Part shown: one piece after another, positions 47,547 to 56,371 of the stretch
How positions within the stretch are numbered: the stretch's first letter is position 1
Layout: every line of letters begins with the position of its first letter
Source: Bacteroidota bacterium
GTDB taxonomy: Bacteria > Bacteroidota > Bacteroidia > JACPRZ01
Assembly (NCBI GenBank): GCA_016193485.1
Contig: JACPRZ010000012.1
Location: 33,109-97,108, forward strand
DNA length: 64,000 nt
Direction of reading: 5' to 3'
The notes under the pieces: generated by a model
Told to the model about the DNA's origin: nothing
Database searches by the model: none
The model's input: only the letters and a program-made list of their open reading frames with translations
Translations under genes and position numbers: made by a program

Positions 47547-49362
47547 AAGCGTCTATTTTGAGTGAAAATTTTATTGGAGAATCAATCGTCACATTGAGTT
47601 TCATTTCTTTTCCTTCTTCCAGATTAATACTATGAATGTTATTGCCCGTGAAATGCGGAGTGTGACCGCCCGCACTAACTACTTTTGAGATTTTTAATTT
47701 TTCAGACCCTTCTTCACCGACAGCGGTAAGTTTTAAATTACACCTCTCGCTAATTTCTGCTTTGAGAATTATCATATATTCAAGTAAATTTTTTGTTCGC
47801 TTCATGAGAAATGACCTTGATTGAAATTCATCTTCATCAAATTTTCTTTTTGATTTTGTCCGCTTCTTTTTCTCTCTTCTTTTTCTTTCTCTTTCTCTTT
47901 CTTTTTTTCCTTCTATATTGGTTGTGTTCACAACAGTAACTTTGAAAGGACTTATGACAACGGGTTCTTCAAAAATTTCCTTCTTCTGAATTTTTTTTGA
48001 AGATTCTTCTTCTGCTTCTTCACCTGTATATTGGGAAACACCATCTCCCTCCCCCGTATTTTCGCCATCATCATAAGGCAAGTATTTATGGAGTTCGGGA
48101 ATATCAAGAACGCCTGATGATTTTGTGATTTTCATTTTATCAAGGCAATCCCTGATAAAAACAATTATTTCTTCCATTGCTTTCGCACCTTTTTCAGTAT
48201 TGCGTTCAGGAATCCATTTGTCATGAGCCGGTGGCTCCATTCTTCTCAATTCCTTATTCCCTTTGTCATCATCACAAATAAAAACTCCCGCATAATTTCC
48301 AGGGAAGGTGAATCTACGAGAATAAATCACCATATGTGACTTACGAATCATGGAAACATAATTCAGTTGCTCTTCTGTTTGGTAAAAATAAAATTTCACA
48401 TTGCCAAGCGTATGAAGTTTTCCTTCAAATGGTGTCCCGTTCTTAATAGCAAGGTAATATTGCAATGGATTTCCTGTTGGCTCTACATAAGCTTTGAATG
48501 GTTCTCCAAGAAAATGTTCAGTCAATAATTTTTCAAGGTTATCCTGATTGATTTGAATATTTTCAACTTTAACAATTAAGTCATTATTGCTGATAGCGTA
48601 CCAAAAATTACGAAGAATTGATTTTATCAGATTTTTTTGCCACCCTTTTTCATTCTTATAACTGGCAATGAAAATATCAGTTCCCGTTTCTTTTCGCCAA
48701 AAATTTTCAGGAATGTCTCTTGGATTTTGAAGTGAACCTTGTCCGATACCAAACGATCCGACACCTCTTTTTATATCTTTGTCAACTTCGTGGCTTACTA
48801 ATTCAGCAATGCCTTGAAATTTTGTAAATCCTTTTTCAGTTTTAGTAGAATAAAAAACTACCCTTAGGTTAGAAGCAGCAAAAGGAGCACCTTTACCGAT
48901 ACCGAACGAACCACCCTCACCCTGATCTTTTGAACTTGCTCCTGTTGATTTTACTAAATTATACCAACCACCTTTTTTATCATTATCAAGTCCCAATAAA
49001 CCTTTTGTATTGAAATCAGATATTCTTAAAAATGGAATAGTTTCACCCTTTATACATGCGAGAGCATCATCCATAAAATTTTGAGTATCTTTATCTGATT
49101 TGTAATATTTTTTGCAAGCATTCAAAACTTCAAGTAATTCACTTTGCCCTGGAAATTCTTTTCGTGTGAACTCCTCAAGTTTAAAGGTAACCAATACAGG
49201 ATCATCGCTTCCGTCCTTCTTCGCATCAAGAGAGTTTTGAATAATTTCTCTTGCAAGGTGGTAATTGTAATTTCCCGTAAAATGTTCAATCATTGAATTG
49301 TGAATACCGTCCTCTCGGCCTCCACCCGTAGTAACAAATTCCCATGTTGGTTCTTTTGTCAT
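47533..49362 (-). CDS. GHKL-superfamily ATPase (MORC/MutL-like HATPase_c_3-type) with Lys/Arg/Glu-rich C-terminal segment
   Basis: Bergerat N-box LAREIIQNSLDA (ExxxNxxDA), G1-like DFNTKGL, G2/G3 GGSFGIGKGAPF. Charged low-complexity stretch KKERERERKRREKKKRTKSKRK. First gene of a 3-gene operon. Confidence 0.7.
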   Translation of the reverse strand: MTKEPTWEFVTTGGGREDGIHNSMIEHFTGNYNYHLAREIIQNSLDAKKDGSDDPVLVTFKLEEFTRKEFPGQSELLEVLNACKKYYKSDKDTQNFMDDALACIKGETIPFLRISDFNTKGLLGLDNDKKGGWYNLVKSTGASSKDQGEGGSFGIGKGAPFAASNLRVVFYSTKTEKGFTKFQGIAELVSHEVDKDIKRGVGSFGIGQGSLQNPRDIPENFWRKETGTDIFIASYKNEKGWQKNLIKSILRNFWYAISNNDLIVKVENIQINQDNLEKLLTEHFLGEPFKAYVEPTGNPLQYYLAIKNGTPFEGKLHTLGNVKFYFYQTEEQLNYVSMIRKSHMVIYSRRFTFPGNYAGVFICDDDKGNKELRRMEPPAHDKWIPERNTEKGAKAMEEIIVFIRDCLDKMKITKSSGVLDIPELHKYLPYDDGENTGEGDGVSQYTGEEAEEESSKKIQKKEIFEEPVVISPFKVTVVNTTNIEGKKERERERKRREKKKRTKSKRKFDEDEFQSRSFLMKRTKNLLEYMIILKAEISERCNLKLTAVGEEGSEKLKISKVVSAGGHTPHFTGNNIHSINLEEGKEMKLNVTIDSPIKFSLKIDAYALQ

Positions 49363-49538
49363 AATATTAAAATTTGAATTTATATTTTACTGCACGCAAC
49401 ATCTCATTATCAATTGTATTTATATAAAAGGGAAATTTATATTCATCCAAGCGTTTTATATATTCCCGCAACAAGATTTAATAATTCGTGCTGATTTTGA
49501 ATTGTAATTGGTATTTTCATGGAAAATAATTTTTGGTT

Positions 49539-49943
49539 TCAAATCAACTCCACCTTAAACCCCTTCTCCGCTTCCAGATTTTTAAACTCACTGTCCCCGG
49601 TGATCAGCGTTGCTTTTTTCTTTATGGTTAATGCTACAGCGAAGGCATCGGCATAGGAAATCTTGTGCCGGGATTTGAGCTGCGCAGCAGCATAGGTTAA
49701 ATTAAAGTCCGCATCTACAATTTCTATCGGGAAATGCAATACGGAACTTAATGCCAGTTCTGCTTTTTCCGGACCTCTCTTTCTATAAGACATATAATAT
49801 ACTTCTCCCAAATTTACCACTGACATTGAGCCGTACTTCTCTCCATTGGAAATATCAGAGAGCAACTGCGATACTGTTTCGTGTCCCTTTTCTTTTTCCA
49901 GCAGGGCAATGATGGCAAAAGTGTCAAAGACAATATTTCTCAT
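49539..49943 (-). CDS. vapC: PIN-domain toxin (VapC-like) of a type II toxin-antitoxin pair
   Basis: 134 aa with N-terminal D (FDTFAIIAL) and the later acidic residues of the PIN fold. Overlaps the upstream antitoxin by 4 nt. Confidence 0.7.
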   Translation of the reverse strand: MRNIVFDTFAIIALLEKEKGHETVSQLLSDISNGEKYGSMSVVNLGEVYYMSYRKRGPEKAELALSSVLHFPIEIVDADFNLTYAAAQLKSRHKISYADAFAVALTIKKKATLITGDSEFKNLEAEKGFKVELI

Positions 49944-50170
49944 AATTCTCTTTCTATGGCTTTTTCTTTCATTAATTCTTCCAGGATGCTTCCTTCGCCT
50001 TTGAGTATTCCGGCAAACGATTCAAAATACTCCTTCGTCATGGCTTTCAGAATTATTTCACCGTTTTTTTCAATGATGGCGATTTTTGTCCCGGGTTTTA
50101 TGCCATATTTCCTTCGGATCCTCTTTGGAATTACAATCTGCCCTTTATTAGTTGTTATTGATGTTTCCAT
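49940..50170 (-). CDS. AbrB/MazE/SpoVT-family antitoxin (VapB-like)
   Basis: Start at the internal METSITTNKGQIVIPKRIRRKYGIKPGTKIAII (swapped-hairpin DNA-binding motif). 76 aa. Confidence 0.65.
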   Translation of the reverse strand: METSITTNKGQIVIPKRIRRKYGIKPGTKIAIIEKNGEIILKAMTKEYFESFAGILKGEGSILEELMKEKAIEREL

Positions 50171-50295
50171 ACGATAATATTTGGTAATACACATTAGGTT
50201 AATGGGTACAAAGATATATAATATTAACGAATTGACAATGGGTGTACGAAAATTATTTTTCTGCAATGAGTAATCATTATAAGCCGCCATAGTAT

Positions 50296-50400
50296 TAGGT
50301 TCCCGCAGATTTCGCTGATTTTCGCAAAAAAAAACCTATGTATCATAATTAAAATCAATAATAAAAAAATCTGCGTGTATCTGCGATATCAGCGGGAAAT
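50296..50400. repeat. ~105-bp intergenic element with terminal inverted repeats (ttcccgcagatttcgctgat ... atctgcgatatcagcgggaa); copy A
   Basis: Shares a 20-bp exact 5' word and a 3' word (aaatctgcgtNtatctgcg) with copy B at 53911. Lies in the divergent promoter region between the antitoxin gene and padR. Confidence 0.6.
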
Positions 50401-50529
50401 GTTATTACAGATTTGAAATCAGCCTTATTTTGTTAATAACTTGTTAATAACTTTTTAATATATGCAATACAAGGTACTAATTTAAATACTTATCTTTGCA
50501 GTGTCAATTACCTTATTAACGAATGTACT

Positions 50530-50874
50530 ATGGAACAAACAATAAACATTGAAAACACAAAAGCACAGATGAGAAAAGGGGTGCTGGAACTGTGCGCCCT
50601 TGCAGCGCTTACTGCCGGAGAAGCATACCCTTCCGATATAATTGAGAAATTGAAAAAATCAAAACTAATTGTCGTTGAAGGAACCATATACCCGATGTTA
50701 ACCCGGTTAAAAAATGCCGGGCTGCTTACCTACCGTTGGGAAGAATCCAGGCAAGGACCACCCCGAAAATATTACCGGTTAACTCCTATTGGGGAGAAAG
50801 TGCTGAAGGAACTTGAAGATTGCTGGGATGAACTTGCCGGTACTGTTGATACAATAAGGAAAAACAAAATTTAA
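50530..50874 (+). CDS. PadR-family transcriptional regulator
   Basis: Winged-helix motif YPSDIIEKL...GTIYPMLTRLKNAGLLTYRWEES...RKYYRLT. Confidence 0.85.
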   Translation: MEQTINIENTKAQMRKGVLELCALAALTAGEAYPSDIIEKLKKSKLIVVEGTIYPMLTRLKNAGLLTYRWEESRQGPPRKYYRLTPIGEKVLKELEDCWDELAGTVDTIRKNKI

Positions 50875-51034
50875 CTATCATCTAACCATCTAACCATCTA
50901 ACCATCTAACCATCTAACCATTTAACCATTTAACCATTTAACCATCTAACCATCTAACCATTTAACCATTTAACCATTTAACCATCTAACCATTTAACCA
51001 TTTAACCATTTAACCATCTAACCATTTAACCATC
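50873..51034. repeat. Tandem octanucleotide microsatellite (AACCATCT / AACCATTT) x ~20, ending 5 bp before the PspC-domain gene start codon
   Basis: Read directly from sequence: aaccatct x5, aaccattt x3, aaccatct x2, aaccattt x3, aaccatct, aaccattt x3, aaccatct, aaccattt, aaccatcc. Confidence 0.9.
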
Positions 51035-51039
51035 CAATT

Positions 51040-52659
51040 ATGAAAAAAACAGTATCAGCCAACATCAGCGGTATCATCTTTAATATGGATGAGGACGCGT
51101 ATGAAAAATTCCATAATTACCTCAGCGCAGTCCGGGGCCATTTCAGCGCTTCGGAAGGCAGGGATGAAATCATGGCAGACATAGAAGCACGCGTTGCCGA
51201 AATGTTCCAGCAGAGGGTAGGGGACCGCAAGCAGGTTGTAACCCTTAAAGATGTGGAAGAAGTTATCACCCAGATGGGTAAGCCGGAGGATTTTGCGGGT
51301 GATGGCGCTGGAGCAGGCGCTTCTGCAGAAGAGGCGGCAGCAGGAACCGGCTCCGGCCGTAAATACAGGCGTTTATATCGCGATTCGGATGACCGTGTTC
51401 TGGGGGGGGTATGTTCAGGAATCGCTCATTACTTCGGCTTTGATCCGTTATGGCTGCGGCTTGCCTTTGCCGTAGCATTATTTTTCTTCGGAACCGGTGT
51501 TCTCCTTTATATACTGCTTTGGATAATTGTTCCCCAGGCGCGCACGGCAGCCGAAAAACTTGAGATGAAAGGCGAGAAGGTGAACATCAGCAACATCAGC
51601 AAATCCATTGAAGAAGAGATGGACTATTTAAAAAAAAAGTTGAACGATTTAAAAGATGATGCAAAAAACATTAAAACAAAACCGATAGTTGACAAAGCGG
51701 AAAATATTTTTTCACGCTTCTTCAGTTTCCTTGGTGAACTTTTTACCGCACTGATGAAAGGGTTCCTCCGTTTCATTGGTTTTATTCTTCTTGCAATCGG
51801 TATCATTTTTCTTATCTGGATAATAATCGCTGCTGTCGGTGGCTATACCATCACTACCATTGCCGAAGGCGATTTCAGCGCCATACCCTTTCCGGGGATT
51901 TTAAATTACTTTTTTGACAGCCCGTTCCAGGTGACGCTGCTTAAAGGTGGGCTTTTGCTTCTTATCGGCATTCCTGTTTTCATGTTTATCTATGAAGGAA
52001 TAAAACTCCTTTTCCGCGTAAAAACAAAAACCCACATCATCGGCTTTACTGCATTTGCATTGTGGATTGCCGGCTGGATGATTTGCGCTATTGTTGCAGC
52101 CGGAATGGTAAAAGATTATTCGGTGAAGTCAGTTGTAAAAAAGGAAATCCCCTTACTGCAGCCGGCCGGTTCAACCATTTACCTGTCAGTAAAAAATGAC
52201 GGACTGGGCGGTGATGAGGATGAAGACACGAACCAGATAAGTATCAAAATAAATAATCACCGTTTGTTGTACCGTAATGATGGGAAAGTGTATCTCGGGT
52301 ATGTTCAGTTGGATGTTCAGAAGAGTGAGAACGACAGTTTTAAACTTGTGATACGAAAAATTTCCCGCGGTGAAACCAGAAAAGAAGCGCAGCAGAGGGC
52401 TGATGAAGTACAATATAATTTCAGCCAGAGCGATTCGGCAATCACCTTTTCACCCTATTTTACCATTGGCGAAAAAAGCAAGTGGCGTGCGCAGCAGTTG
52501 AAACTTACGCTGAAAGTGCCTCCGGGAAAATCAATCTACCTGGATGGCTCAATGGAAGAAATCATTTATGACATTGAAAATGTTACAAATACCGTTGACG
52601 AGGAAATGCCCGGGAAAAAGTGGATCATGACGGAAAAGGGATTGGAGAGTGAGGAGTAA
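51040..52659 (+). CDS. PspC-domain membrane protein
   Basis: PspC domain (RLYRDSDDRVLGGVCSGIAHYFGFDPLWLRLAFAV) followed by TM helices and a long C-terminal region. PadR–PspC gene pairing is common. Confidence 0.8.
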   Translation: MKKTVSANISGIIFNMDEDAYEKFHNYLSAVRGHFSASEGRDEIMADIEARVAEMFQQRVGDRKQVVTLKDVEEVITQMGKPEDFAGDGAGAGASAEEAAAGTGSGRKYRRLYRDSDDRVLGGVCSGIAHYFGFDPLWLRLAFAVALFFFGTGVLLYILLWIIVPQARTAAEKLEMKGEKVNISNISKSIEEEMDYLKKKLNDLKDDAKNIKTKPIVDKAENIFSRFFSFLGELFTALMKGFLRFIGFILLAIGIIFLIWIIIAAVGGYTITTIAEGDFSAIPFPGILNYFFDSPFQVTLLKGGLLLLIGIPVFMFIYEGIKLLFRVKTKTHIIGFTAFALWIAGWMICAIVAAGMVKDYSVKSVVKKEIPLLQPAGSTIYLSVKNDGLGGDEDEDTNQISIKINNHRLLYRNDGKVYLGYVQLDVQKSENDSFKLVIRKISRGETRKEAQQRADEVQYNFSQSDSAITFSPYFTIGEKSKWRAQQLKLTLKVPPGKSIYLDGSMEEIIYDIENVTNTVDEEMPGKKWIMTEKGLESEE

Positions 52660-52809
52660 TGAACTTAATTAACTCATATCTGTACAATTACCTGAGGATT
52701 TTTTATAAATATATTTGTAGAAATTTTTTGAAATTAATGGAAATTGGTGGATATTTTTCCTGTTTTTGTAATTTCAGACCTCCTGGTCTTTCGTAATTTG
52801 TGATAGGTA

Positions 52810-53823
52810 CTAATGCCCGTAATCCCTATCATCCGTCAGTATTTCAAAAGCCGCTCTGTTTGCAGTTTCTAAAATAGTTTCGTTAAAACCTCCATTTTTA
52901 TTTTTGTACCTGATTTTTATTTTGCATGAAGCGATTTTTGTATTGAAACAGTATTTGATTCCGCCAGGGGGGTTGTAATACTGCAATGTCACAAAATTGC
53001 TCTTACCGGCATTGATTTCACCTTCAATGGATACCCCTTTTCCTGCCGAAGAAAATTTCCAGTTAAACCGGTTGAATTTACCTTTTGCCAATATTGCCCG
53101 GAAAAGCGAGTTTAACCGGAATTCGCGTCCATCGTGCCGCAACACCATCAGCGTCATAAAGGGAGTCCAGACGGGACCATATTTCAACCGGGCAGTGGAT
53201 ATTTCAAAAAAACTTTCAGGGGAGTTGTCAAATCCCGCAACCTGGCCCCATGCATAATTATCCGTATGCTTTATTCCCCAGTTATGATTCTGGCTCCCAA
53301 TCCAGTTTTCAATATCAATGATGGTGTCATTAACGTTCAGTTTTCCGTTAAAAACCGCCAGGGGTAATCCCACAAGCAGTTTCGCTTTTGGAAATTTTCC
53401 CATGTAAAAACTTTCGGGAAGGACGAGTAAGGGTTTTGAATTCCCGCGGTATTTAAGATCCCATTCAATCCTGTTTTTTCCGGAATCTGCGCAACCGCAA
53501 AGTTTTTCATGATTAAGGACGGCATCTTCAATTTTGATGTTGAATATTGTATTATCAAAAATACATTTTTCAATGGGAATTTCCTTTTTCACTGTAGTAT
53601 GCTTTACGGTCGTCCCATCAAAATAAATCGCCCATAATTCACCGAGCGCTTTATCGGGGTGGTTATGAGGAGAAAAAACGGTATAGCGGATCCAGAATGC
53701 GAGAGGAAGTGAAGGATGGTTGGCGCGCAGGAAAAAACTTTCGTAATGCCCTTGTTTTTGCCCGCGGACATAACGGCTGAAGTTATAATTTAAAGATAAG
53801 TTAGAAATTGATTGATTTGACAT
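52810..53823 (-). CDS. Hypothetical protein (337 aa, no signal peptide, no recognised motif)
   Basis: Long uninterrupted ORF with codon usage similar to its neighbours. Confidence 0.5.
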   Translation of the reverse strand: MSNQSISNLSLNYNFSRYVRGQKQGHYESFFLRANHPSLPLAFWIRYTVFSPHNHPDKALGELWAIYFDGTTVKHTTVKKEIPIEKCIFDNTIFNIKIEDAVLNHEKLCGCADSGKNRIEWDLKYRGNSKPLLVLPESFYMGKFPKAKLLVGLPLAVFNGKLNVNDTIIDIENWIGSQNHNWGIKHTDNYAWGQVAGFDNSPESFFEISTARLKYGPVWTPFMTLMVLRHDGREFRLNSLFRAILAKGKFNRFNWKFSSAGKGVSIEGEINAGKSNFVTLQYYNPPGGIKYCFNTKIASCKIKIRYKNKNGGFNETILETANRAAFEILTDDRDYGH

Positions 53824-53910
53824 TTGTTCCGAATAGGATAGTTTATTTACATATGGTAAGTAAAAATAGGTAATTGTAAAATTTATAAGTCAATAAGTTT
53901 GAAAATGGCC

Positions 53911-53990
53911 TTTTTTCCCGCAGATTTCGCTGATAAACGCAGATTATTATTGAATATCCGCGAAAATCTGCGTTATCTGCGGGAGATAAA
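53911..53990. repeat. Copy B of the ~100-bp inverted-repeat element (ttcccgcagatttcgctgat ... atctgcgttatctgcgggag)
   Basis: 20-bp exact match to copy A at the 5' end and similar 3' words. Lies between the hypothetical gene start (53823) and the GMC oxidoreductase stop (54042). Confidence 0.6.
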
Positions 53991-54041
53991 AAGTTATAGG
54001 CAAGTAGGTGTTATAAAAATCAAAAAATTGCATAAAATGAA

Positions 54042-55541
54042 TTATTTCTTAATAATATTTTCCGCGCACCACAGCGAAAGCGCCATAATGGTCACCTGCG
54101 GGTTAACACCCAAACTTGAGGGGAATACGGATGCATCGGCAATATAAAGCCCCTTTACATCATGTGTTTCAAGGTAAGAATTAACAACGCTTTGCTTAGG
54201 ATTATCGCCCATGCGGCATGTGCCCATCGGGTGAAAGGCGCTCAGTTCAAGTTGTGACGGTTTAATTTCCGCCTCATGTAAAATTTTAAGTTCTTCCGGG
54301 CTGGTTATTTCATCGAAACCGAGCAGGGGAACTAAAATTTTTTCGGCTCCTGCCGCGAAATAAACGCGGGAAGCGATTTCAATTCCTTTTTTAATTTTTT
54401 CAGTGTCGGCCCGGTTTACGCTGTAAAAGACCATGGGTGCATTGTCAATTCCAACGGTTACTTTACCGCGAGAAGTATCGGTAACCATAATTCCGAACCC
54501 GGCCATTTTGCAATAACCGGCCATGTATTTTTTTAGGTCCATTCCGAAGGCGGGCAGTGCAAATGAAAGAAAAGTGGGGGGAAGAAAAAACCCCTCAAAC
54601 ATGATCCCTTCATGAGCGTAATCATCAACATAATATCCCTGTGGAATTCCGCTCCATGAATTTATTTTATCCTTAAAAAGCCCTACCACTTTTGCTGCCG
54701 GGTGAATGTGCAGGTTTTTCCCGGCCTGACCGGAACTGTTTGCAAGTTTATTTTTCAGAAGCAGATAGGGCGTATAAATTGCGCCACAACTCAGAATTAT
54801 CACCGGGGCATCAATTCTGAAAATTCCCCTCTTATTTTTGTTTCCATCCCGGAATGAACCCGATACACTTTTCGCTTTTTTATTTTCAATCAAAATTTTT
54901 TCAACTCTTGCTGAGGTGATGACTGCAGCGCCTTTTTGCGAAGCAGCGGGAATAAAACTTTTTTCCATGCTTTGTTTAGCGCCATTAGGGCAGCCGAAAA
55001 CGCATAATCCTGCGCCTTTGCACCCGGGTGCGTTGCGGGGAAGGGGTTTCGGATGCAATCCTAATTTTTTCGCTCCTTCCGCAAAAAGAATATTATTCGC
55101 TCCAACGGTTTCTTCGGTTGCATCGGAAATGCCTAACATTTTTTCAACCGTCTCAAAATGCGGAATGAGGCGGGAATATTCCAACCCGGTTAAACCGGAT
55201 TGTTTTTTCCATTGCGATAAAACATTTTCAGGAGTCCGGAAGCATGTTCCGGAATTTATTATGGTGGTTCCTCCAAGTGCATTTCCGAGAGGTAAAGGTA
55301 TAGATGGGACTCCGAGGGTCAGAACAGTACCGCTGTCGCGATACATATCGCGCATTACTTTCCAACTGTTTCTTTTAAAACCTGAAATATCATATTGCTT
55401 TCCTTCCTCAATCAAATACACTTTCATCCCGGCCGAAGCAAGGGCGAAAGCCATGGGTGCGCCTCCGGCACCGCTGCCGACCACCACGGCATCGGCTGTC
55501 TCATGGAAATCAGTAGCGAGGGCAGATGAGTCAACAATCAT
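54042..55541 (-). CDS. GMC-family FAD-dependent oxidoreductase
   Basis: N-terminal Rossmann dinucleotide-binding motif DAVVVGSGAGGAPMAFALASAG. GMC N/C architecture. 499 aa. Confidence 0.8.
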   Translation of the reverse strand: MIVDSSALATDFHETADAVVVGSGAGGAPMAFALASAGMKVYLIEEGKQYDISGFKRNSWKVMRDMYRDSGTVLTLGVPSIPLPLGNALGGTTIINSGTCFRTPENVLSQWKKQSGLTGLEYSRLIPHFETVEKMLGISDATEETVGANNILFAEGAKKLGLHPKPLPRNAPGCKGAGLCVFGCPNGAKQSMEKSFIPAASQKGAAVITSARVEKILIENKKAKSVSGSFRDGNKNKRGIFRIDAPVIILSCGAIYTPYLLLKNKLANSSGQAGKNLHIHPAAKVVGLFKDKINSWSGIPQGYYVDDYAHEGIMFEGFFLPPTFLSFALPAFGMDLKKYMAGYCKMAGFGIMVTDTSRGKVTVGIDNAPMVFYSVNRADTEKIKKGIEIASRVYFAAGAEKILVPLLGFDEITSPEELKILHEAEIKPSQLELSAFHPMGTCRMGDNPKQSVVNSYLETHDVKGLYIADASVFPSSLGVNPQVTIMALSLWCAENIIKK

Positions 55542-55544
55542 TTG

Positions 55545-55955
55545 CTATTTAATTTTATTTACTCCGTCCTTATACCCGTAATATCCGATCGAGTCCATCA
55601 CCTTTTCATCATTGTAAAATGCCATAAGCAGGACGATGGATGTGAACAGATAAATTCCCCGTATGGCAAAGTATTTGTTTTTCCTGAACGCCAGGATTAT
55701 TTTTTTGCGCTTTTCAAATTTCATTCTTGAAAATATTCCCGGAGACATCAATGCAATCCATGAAAAATATTCAAAAATCCACAGGTTAAGATATACAAAC
55801 CATTTTACCCTAAAAGGAGTGTGGGAAAGGAAATCTTCAATGAATCCGGTGATGTCAACGTCTTTGTAACCATAAGGAAAGGGGCCATCCTGCGGGACGA
55901 GCACTTCGGCAATAGCGGTGATTGTGCGGACTTCGCGATCAGAGAGGTTTCTCAT
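55545..55955 (-). CDS. Gluconate 2-dehydrogenase subunit 3-family protein (small partner subunit of GMC oxidoreductase)
   Basis: N-terminus LSDREVRTITAIAEVLVPQD resembles Gluconate_2-dh3-family proteins. Immediately upstream of the GMC gene with a 3-nt gap. Confidence 0.55.
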   Translation of the reverse strand: MRNLSDREVRTITAIAEVLVPQDGPFPYGYKDVDITGFIEDFLSHTPFRVKWFVYLNLWIFEYFSWIALMSPGIFSRMKFEKRKKIILAFRKNKYFAIRGIYLFTSIVLLMAFYNDEKVMDSIGYYGYKDGVNKIK

Positions 55956-56364
55956 TATGAAATTGCAAATACGATTTTATCAGGATAATTCCGAAAAATA
56001 AATTTGCCGGAGGTGAAATCAATAATCCGAAATACCCGAACCAGGTGAGATTTTCGGCAAAGTACCAGTACACCCAGTCGGAAAAAATTTCGGTAAAACG
56101 GATACCGGCAACCAGCACAAGCCACCATGCCTGCTTTTTCCAAAGGAACAACGCTGCTGATTGAAAGACCAGGAAAGCAAACCAGACAGCGCCAAGCCGC
56201 CTGATAATTCCGAGTGAGTCGGCATATCCGGTGCCGTGCATGATTTTAAACCACAGTTCAGGAGAGTAAAGGCAGATAGTTGAAAGTGCAAGGTCTAAAA
56301 TTACCAGGAACAGCAACAGTAATGTGATGAAATTCTTATTATACATAATTTGATAACTTTTCAA
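55939..56364 (-). CDS. Small integral membrane protein (4 predicted TM helices), unknown function
   Basis: 141 aa, hydrophobic. Overlaps the downstream gene's start by 17 nt. Lies between the two GMC oxidoreductase genes. Confidence 0.5.
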   Translation of the reverse strand: MKSYQIMYNKNFITLLLLFLVILDLALSTICLYSPELWFKIMHGTGYADSLGIIRRLGAVWFAFLVFQSAALFLWKKQAWWLVLVAGIRFTEIFSDWVYWYFAENLTWFGYFGLLISPPANLFFGIILIKSYLQFHNEKPL

Positions 56365-56371
56365 TATATTT

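Noticed and set aside
49380-49520. Tiny 25-codon minus-strand ORF (MKIPITIQNQHELLNLVAGIYKTLG) upstream of the GHKL-ATPase gene, as a possible controller (C-protein) or leader peptide.
   Set aside because: It has no helix-turn-helix potential at that length, no RBS-like context could be confirmed, and such ORFs arise by chance in AT-rich DNA. It may still be worth checking if transcript data exist.
50873-51034. Possibility that the 8-bp tandem array is a CRISPR array.
   Set aside because: The units are contiguous with no spacers, the unit is only 8 bp, and there are no cas genes. It is a microsatellite.
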